Assembly (NCBI RefSeq): GCF_902459465.1 | Contig: NC_047076.1 | Coordinates: 10,292,001-10,356,000, forward strand | Reading direction: 5' to 3' | Length of the DNA stretch: 64,000 bases | Origin: Asterias rubens | Taxonomy: Eukaryota | Shown: positions 57,301 through 64,000 of the stretch, in pieces | How positions within the stretch are numbered: the stretch's first letter is position 1 | How the letters are laid out: each line of letters opens with the position of its first letter | Program-made: the position numbers and the translations under genes | The notes under the pieces: model-generated | The model's database searches: none | The model's input: only the letters and a program-made list of their open reading frames with translations | Told to the model about the DNA's origin: nothing

Positions 57301-58807
57301 GCTTCACTGCTTCAACTGCATAAAAAGATAACAAGTTTGTTCATTTCACTTCATTTCCTTTCATTTATTCTGATTGTGAAGAATAATAACACTAAGTTCT
57401 TATATCCTCTGCTCAATTTAATATGGAGAGTCACAGTATCTGTTGAGTTATTCACCCTACAAATAAAAACACCCCTAGGTAAGGGTAGAATCTATACATG
57501 TTGGCTGAAACAAATGATATACTTGTTTTGTTTCCAGTTTGTTTCCAGACTTTATGTACAGTCCACACAGAGCACAAAAACCATGATTTTTTTTATTTCG
57601 CAAAATTCAGCATTCACTGATCAATTTGTTGCATACTTACTCAGAGTATCATACTCAGACAATGCAAAAGACCATTTCTTTTCAACAGCATCTGAAATAA
57701 AATTCAATCAAATCAAACAATTACTAAGAAAATATAAAGCTAAAAAAGGTTTTGGAGCTTGTGTAGAATTTATTTCTCTAATGCTGTGCATCTGCTGAAA
57801 CGGAGTTATGTTATAATAATACTTACAATCTGCAGGGTAGTACTTCATCACGATGGACACATCAAAGATATTGTTTATGTTTTAATTAAAGGCACTGACC
57901 ACTATTGGTAACAAAACTTACCATAACTTTTACTTGGCAATTCTTTGAAAACTTCAATCAGCTTAGCGTGATAGCCAACATTCACTACAAATCTTTCCCT
58001 GGATATCAGCACGCAGACTCCAACTGTATTACCACCGCTGCTACCCTGCAAGTTCATCCCACGTTCATTTCCAAAAGTGGACTTATTTCCTTTTATGTTC
58101 TGATAGACGTCTTGACGCTTACTGGAAGCTTTCGGTGGGTCGTTGAAAGCCTGAAATCCAGACTTGTGAGAATTGGAGTGTGCATTCCCTTTCAAGAGCT
58201 GACCAGATAGGCTAGCCTGGCCACCAGATGCAGACTTAGGTTTCGTGGAATAAAAACTTGAAATTGTCTTTTGTCTGTTGAGAGAATTACTTGAGTTTGA
58301 TGATGACTCTCCATGCCCACCTATAACATGGCCCTCTGTTGTTGAGCTTGAATTTGAAACGGTTGATTTGCAATGAGCGCCATGTGCAGTATCAAGAATA
58401 GATTTCTCTTTGGCCGCCCCACCAGTCTGGTGTACACTACTGGCAATGGCACTGGTCTGCAATGTGCTGGGCTTTGTGATGCTTGATCTACTGGCAATGG
58501 CACTGGTCTGCAATGTGCTGGGCTTTGTGATGCTTGATGTCCATTTCTTAGCTGAGTCAATAGATGTTGAACTAGACCCACTAGGCCTATCCACATTACT
58601 TTTTCTCCCCGTAGTTACGTGTTGTTGGGTGTTGCCATATTTGGACGACGTGCCAACTTCCTGCCGAACATTAGAAGATGAGTTTCCAACCTGTTTGACA
58701 CCTTGATTATTGCCTTGGTTACGCTGAGCTCGAAGGAGAATTGCCCTCTTTTTATTTTCCTCCATTCGTCTTTTCTGTTCCTCTGTTAGACCTCCTGTCG
58801 TTGCCAT
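45378..58807 (-). CDS. SMARCAL1: SMARCAL1/HARP annealing helicase (SNF2 family), single HARP domain
   Basis: Exons 58807-57922, 57691-57641, 57315-57132, 56552-56402, 55706-55545, 54760-54695, 53880-53740, 52803-52672, 52305-52225, 52072-52002, 51202-51103, 47039-46857, 46529-46429, 46146-46059, 45836-45378; N-terminal RPA-binding [63 protein letters not shown]. Confidence 0.96.
47139..47510. repeat. 22-bp perfect tandem repeat, ~17 copies
   Basis: (TTAAAACAAGCTAAATGAAGAA)n. Confidence 0.95.
47520..50900 (-). mobile_element. Decayed single-ORF LINE, Rex1/Babar-like, in a SMARCAL1 intron, sense to the gene
   Basis: Frameshifted pieces 50619-50185 ([26 protein letters not shown]), 50164-49391 (GDFN, SDH), 49323-48115 ([21 protein letters not shown]), 48105-47746; ends approximate. 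Confidence 0.85.
52851..53575 (+). mobile_element. tRNA-derived SINE split by a Kolobok-like MITE
   Basis: GGCTGAGTGGATAAGAGC...GGGTTTGAGTCCC head, CCACCCAGGGTTAAATGGGTACC core, (TTA)n tail. Confidence 0.75.
52966..53348. mobile_element. TTAA-flanked Kolobok-like MITE, family F (partial copy 63770-64000)
   Basis: TTAA|AGGAACACATTGCCTTGGATCGG...CCGATCCAAGGCAACGTGTTCCT|TTAA. Confidence 0.85.
53790..54050 (-). repeat. 135-bp tandem duplication of a SMARCAL1 acceptor and exon 5' portion
   Basis: ATATCTCCTGTACT(A/T)TAG|ACAGCACCCCGTGTCATCTT... occurs at 54015 and 53880. Confidence 0.9.
54930..55096. mobile_element. PIF/Harbinger-like MITE
   Basis: Ends AGGCCAAGTTACAC / GTGTGACCGGGCCT with flanking TAA. 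Confidence 0.5.
55101..55467. mobile_element. TTAA-flanked Kolobok-like MITE, family G
   Basis: TTAA|AGATGCT ... AGCATCT|TTAA. Confidence 0.7.
55861..56024. repeat. 164-bp near-perfect palindrome (collapsed TA-flanked MITE)
   Basis: ~80-nt arms TAGAAAGGTTTGTGGTAACACCATG...TTTCAACT / AGTTGAAA...CATGGTGCTACCGCAAACCTTTCTA with 2-nt loop. Confidence 0.9.
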
Positions 58808-59286
58808 GGTGTTGGAAGACACTGTGCTTTAATTTAATCCAATATCTGTAGGGTTGAGACAATGATTATCAATGACACGACGTGAATGACACTCTTCTTA
58901 ATCTTAGTCTTTAAAATAGCAAAGCAAAGCACTAACCCCAAATTGATAATGATTGTATTACTCATGTACAGACATGACTGACACAAAACAGTGACAGACG
59001 TGACAAGTATACAGTCATAGTTGCAATTTAACATAAACCCTTCTCCCGACGGCGTGGAGGGTTACATTTGCAACTAGTAGTAGTACAGTCACTAGTCAGC
59101 AGTCAGTCCATAGTAGTCAGACATGTCAGATTGACTAGAACTTAGAAGTAGAACTTCTCAAACAATTCCACATTTTTGTTAAGTCACAAGGACAAATGGA
59201 CATTAAACATGTTAAACCATAGTTTTAAATAGCCCATGTAACCCCATGTTATGTTGGGACTCCTCGTTGGCACTGTCGTCCAGTAC

Positions 59287-59414
59287 CTAGCCCACCTTGT
59301 TGAGTGGCTCCGCTTTTAACATCGGTCTCATCACTGTCGCCATTACAGTAATGGCGACAGTGATGAGACCGATGTTAAAAGCGGAGCCATTAACAGCTCA
59401 ACAAGGTGGGCTAG
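59287..59414. repeat. 128-bp hairpin (60-bp stem, 1-nt loop, one 7-nt bulge) between SMARCAL1 and PSMC3IP
   Basis: CTAGCCCACCTTGTTGAG-TGGCTCCGC...GCCATTAC|A|GTAATGGC...GCGGAGCCA-ttaacag-CTCAACAAGGTGGGCTAG. Confidence 0.9.
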
Positions 59415-60659
59415 TCAGTGCTAGTCCAGCCAGTACCAAGCCGGCAGGGCCAAAGGTACTATCGTAGCGTCATACGTTATCGACCCTCATATATGTTTTC
59501 GGTCCCCAACTTTGATTCCCGTTTACCGCGAGATAGTGCAAGCTGCATCGGTGACAGAAGCTGTGCAGTTTACTCACGGCCTGTATTTTCATCAGGCTTA
59601 ATCATGCTGAGAATAAAGTTTCCTGTCGCTGGTTATGCTAAAATATTTATAAAATGATTGATTTTTGGTACAAATCTCTAGTGCATTATTATGCCAACAT
59701 TCAAATGAGTCAAAGAAACATCATCCAACCTCGAAAGTTCAAAACAAAATTACTATCTGCAAGATTGAGTTTCATTCTGTTTTAGTCACTAGATGGATCA
59801 CGTGAGGTGGTTACTATTTTGGATTCTTTGGTGTGCCAATATTAAAATATTTTAAGTGAAAATGACAACAACAAAATGTTTTGATTAACTGCATACTGTA
59901 ATAAATTCTTGTAAGCGTAAAAAATATTACGTCTATATTAAAGAGAATATATCATAGATTGGTTTCTTATCTCCTGAAACTAAACATAACTGCTGGTCTA
60001 AAATGGGGAAAACGGATTGTTATGAAGTGTGTGTGTTTTAAGGGGGGTGGGGTGTTTTACTACCATGCCTTATTTATGATATCTCTCGATTCTAATATAG
60101 TAGCCATAGTAATGCCTTGGGACAAAAATGTAATTAAATTTGTCAAGTAGTAATTGAATAATATGTTTTATTTATTTTGCACGCCATACTAGCTTCGAAA
60201 TATTCAATAAAATACCAACCAATGAAAGGTGTGAAAACATATGACGTTGCTCCAATGTCGACGTGCATGCATAAGCACTGTTAATGGCGGACTGTCTCTC
60301 GCAACGTAAAACCAAAACTTTAAAAACTTCAACACACCATGAAGTGTAAGTGTTATTATTAAAAAATTGGATAGATGATTTGAAAAAAAACATTCAGTTT
60401 TTGATTGTGAACAATTTTCCTGTTACGTTAGTGTTAACTGACCCTTATTTATTACTATTTATCCTACCTACTGAAAACACATGACACCAGGATATTATTA
60501 CGGAATACGTGGCTTAAAAAATAAAATTAACAATTATGTTACCTGTCACTGTCAGTGATCACACTGTGATGCTATGCAGCAATTGAATAATGGTCTTACA
60601 CCATTTGCTTACCATATGTTTATTCCAGGAACGTTGAGTAAATGACAGCGAAAAAGATT

Positions 60660-61030
60660 CATGGGCGCCGCCATCTTTAATCTGGATGAACTCTGGGTAA
60701 AATGGCCCTACAGATTTGAACCAATCACAATGGACGTTCTAACTTCAAACCAATGAAATTGTCTCTTATAAATGAACTCGGCAGTGCAATCTGCGCGCGC
60801 AACTAGAGCGGGGCAGTCCAAAAAAATAGTCGCTGTCGTTTTTGTGCATGTTGTTGTCAATGTCGTCCGTTCACGGAGTTTTTCCCCAATTATTCACATT
60901 CGAGCTGCGGAGTACAACGTGACTTTTGTAATGTCTTTGTAATGCCTGAAACTTTCGCAAGGAGAGTGAGTCTACTTTATTCGATTCCAGCATTGTTTTG
61001 AAGTTGTGTATGACCGGAAGTAACACAGTA
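60660..61030. promoter_or_regulatory. Probable PSMC3IP promoter: YY1-like GCCGCCATCTT, CCAAT boxes, ETS CCGGAAGT (61014-61021)
   Basis: Motifs read directly, within 400 nt of the ATG at 61039. Confidence 0.5.
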
Positions 61031-61038
61031 ACACTGGA

Positions 61039-62803
61039 ATGAGCAAGTCAAAAGATGGAGATGGTAAGTTTTCTTTTTAAAGTTTTATTTATTAATTTAC
61101 ACAATCAATAATAAGCAAAATTAATGTACCGCCATGGTCACTGATGATTGTGTACATGATGTAGATTTATGTAGGGGATCTTGCCAGTGTGACAGCAGTT
61201 TCTGTCCTCCCGAGAGTCTGTCCCATTTACACATGATACATAATTTTTAAAATTTAGTACTAAAATTACAGAAAACTGTGCTGTGTAACTGTAAAAGTTT
61301 CCTTCCTCCATGGTAAAACAAACAAGTCTGTCCTGATAAATAGTGATAGCGCCCTCTTTTGTTTGAATCAATAGACAATTATTAATTGTACTTATTTTGT
61401 AGTGGTCGTAGGCTGGTGTGGTGTGGGACACTATATACAGAATATACAGGAAGGCAGTGGTGACAGTTTTCCCTATTAATTTAGGCTAGACATTGGTTTG
61501 GATAACTTTCCGTATGGCGCCACCACCTTTTCACTCATTTTTACAAAAAGGGATATCTCATTGAGGTAAATTAGATACTATATTATTTCATATCGAATGA
61601 AAAAGTGGTGGCGCCATACGGAAACTTTTCCATTGGTTTAAAAGTCCAGCTCCATAAATTGGTCCAATCATAGAGTAAGGACAGGTCTGTCCTTACTCTA
61701 TGGTCCAATCTACTCCGTAAACCTTGGCCCCTGCAGCATTCATTGTTATCAGTATCACTTTCTTTCACTTTGTTGTAAATTTAATGACAATACCGTTCTG
61801 CAACGATCTGCATCATGAAGTGGGAACTTTTAAAAATATCTCAACGATCTTGACAACTTGACATTTTGCTTTAGTTGATCGAGGGGTTACTTTTTTGTTA
61901 ATTCCAGAATTAAGAAGTTTCCTGAAGAAATTCTAAAAATCTACCCCATGGCAATAGAATATAAAGTAGCCCCATAAATCGGTCCAATCCACTCCGTATC
62001 CTTGGCCCCAGCACCACTGATATCAAAACCTTTCGCTTCCTTGAAAAACCATCTGCAACGTTCTGCATCATGAAACTTACCCATCTAATACTTCAGAAGT
62101 TGCAGATAGCACTACACTTGGAATTGTTCAAATAGGTATCACAGATTTTGAGTAAAAATCAAGTGAATTTTGCGTGTGAATTTTCTCAACTAACGCTCTT
62201 TTACCGCTAATGCCGATATGCCGATTGTCCCCCGACCATGCGCAGATTTTTTTCCCAGGACAAACTTGTAGAACCATCTGCACACGTTCGTCCTGGGAAG
62301 AAAAGATACTCAATCCGCGCTTCGTGTACAAACATATGGACACGCGTCTGGGAACCACAAAGAATAGTTCCCAGACGCGTGTCCGTATATTTGTACATGA
62401 AGCGCGGATTGGTTATCTTTTCTTCCCAGGACGAACGTGTGCAGATGGTTCTACAAATTTGTCCTGGGAAAAAAATCTGCGCACAGTCGGGGGACAATCG
62501 ACATATCGGTAAAAGAGTGTTAGTTGAGAAAATTCACACGCAAAATTCACTTGATTGGACCGATTTATGGGGCTAAATATAAAGTAGACAAATTCTCAAG
62601 GACAAGAGAATACACATGGTGTTACCGCAAACCAAATATTATACCTCACAATGCAATGCCTCTAATCCCTAATGTAATACTGACTAAATAAGTTTTTGTT
62701 TTATAAAGTTGGGGTTGCGATAGAAGACTACCTCAATCGTGCGAACAGACCTTACAGTGCCATTGATGTATTCAACAACCTACACAAAGAGTTTGGAAAA
62801 ACA
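61039..62803 (+). CDS. PSMC3IP: Homologous-pairing protein 2 (HOP2/TBPIP), first two coding exons; continues right of the window
   Basis: Exons 61039-61063 and 62709-62803 give MSKSKDGDVGVAIEDYLNRANRPYSAIDVFNNLHKEFGKT, matching the HOP2 winged-helix motif YL...NRPYS..DVF.NL. Confidence 0.88.
61967..62575. mobile_element. Family I element with 9-bp TSD and internal ~200-bp foldback
   Basis: TIR TAGCCCCATAAATCGGTCCAAT / ATTGGACCGATTTATGGGGCTA; AATATAAAG on both flanks; inner arms ~62157-62356 and ~62368-62556. Confidence 0.8.
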
Positions 62804-64000
62804 GTAAGTATTTTGTAAATAAGGATTAAGATTATGGCTGGTCCTTTGATGGTTTAAAGCCATTGGACCCTTTCGTTACAGGAAAAAAAAAAAGTTCACA
62901 GATTTACAAATAACTTACAGGGTTTACAGAAGGTAGTGGTGAAAGACTTCTCTTGAAATATTATTCCATGAAATGCTTTACTTTTTTGAGAAAAGACTAA
63001 AAACAATACCAATTCTCGTTAGCGAGAATTACGGATTTATTTTAAACACATGTCATGACACGGCGAAACGCGCGGATACAAGGGTGGGTTTTCCCGTTGT
63101 TTTCTCTCGACTCCGATGACCAATTGAGCCTAAATTTTCACAGGTTTGTTATTTTATATATAAGTTGTGATACACGAAGTGTGGGCCTTGGAAAATACTG
63201 TTTACCGAAAGGGTCCAATGGCTTTAATTGGCATTTGGCCACCGGACCACTGTTTATGCCACTGTTTATGAAGAACAAAATGTTATTCTCCTGTCATGTT
63301 AGGAGTCAGTTACAACAATTTGTAAATATCAAATTCCTGCATTTATACGTTGTTCAAGTTTTCTTTGTTGTTCAAGAAAGTATGGAGATAAATGTGAGTT
63401 TGAATGTCTGAATGAATTAATTTCCTCTGCATCACAGTTTACAAACTGCAATGTTTCCTGCCACTCCCTAATATTATAATAAGAAACATTATGCATGATG
63501 CATCATCAAACGTACTCATTTGTTGCACTTTCCTTAAAATCCCCAAAAGTTGAATAAATCTCGTCTGTCTTAGAACTGAAGCCATAAGGTGTGGTTAACT
63601 TTAAGAAGCTTAAAGTCTTTTAAAACACTTCGGCAGAGGCTGTAGAATGTGTATCCAGAAGAGCTACACGTGTAGTCATGGTAGGAGTATGCTGCATATA
63701 ATTCCTGAATATGGGGAACTGTGGTTGTGCAAATTCCATCAGAACTTCACCTTCATGTACTCAATTACAAAGCATTGCTTTTGACCTTGGATCAGTCGAG
63801 TTGGTCTTTGAAAAGCGTTTGTTACCGTTTGTTATAAAATGCATATATAATATGGTTAGAAAGATGTTTGAAAAGTAGAATACAATGATCAACACACATT
63901 TGCCTCGAAATTGCGTGGTTTTCCTTTTACTTTGGGAATTAACATGGTCGGAGTCATATAAATATAAATAGCCGATCGTGTTTGTCGACGAGGTAAAAGG

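Noticed and set aside
57902-58822. ORF-track 306-aa ORF as a standalone gene
   Set aside because: It is SMARCAL1 coding exon 1; the track start is a GTG upstream of the real ATG (58807) and the end runs through the donor at 57921

Overview
AT-rich eukaryotic (invertebrate deuterostome, probably sea star; inference) genomic DNA. It holds six spliced housekeeping genes reconstructed by hand from GT-AG exons: BBS5 (-, 3'-partial), a RETREG/FAM134 reticulophagy receptor (+), RPL37A (-, absent from the ORF track), ZNF622 (+), SMARCAL1 (-) and PSMC3IP/HOP2 (+, 3'-partial). Introns and intergenic DNA are dense with mobile elements: an apparently intact two-ORF L2/CR1-group LINE, a decayed Rex1/Babar-like LINE, tRNA-derived SINEs, many TTAA-flanked (Kolobok-like) and 8-9 bp TSD (MULE-like) MITEs, two large foldback-type structures and several near-perfect hairpins. 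There are also 85-, 73- and 22-bp tandem arrays. The main observations are: (i) the gene set looks like an ancestral block whose members sit next to the three different human RETREG paralogues; (ii) tandem duplications repeatedly capture splice sites (about 24 copies of a ZNF622 donor, a duplicated SMARCAL1 acceptor); (iii) the RPL37A/ZNF622 divergent interval is filled mostly by long-TIR transposons. Coordinates were counted manually and may be off by a few bases. No database searches were run.
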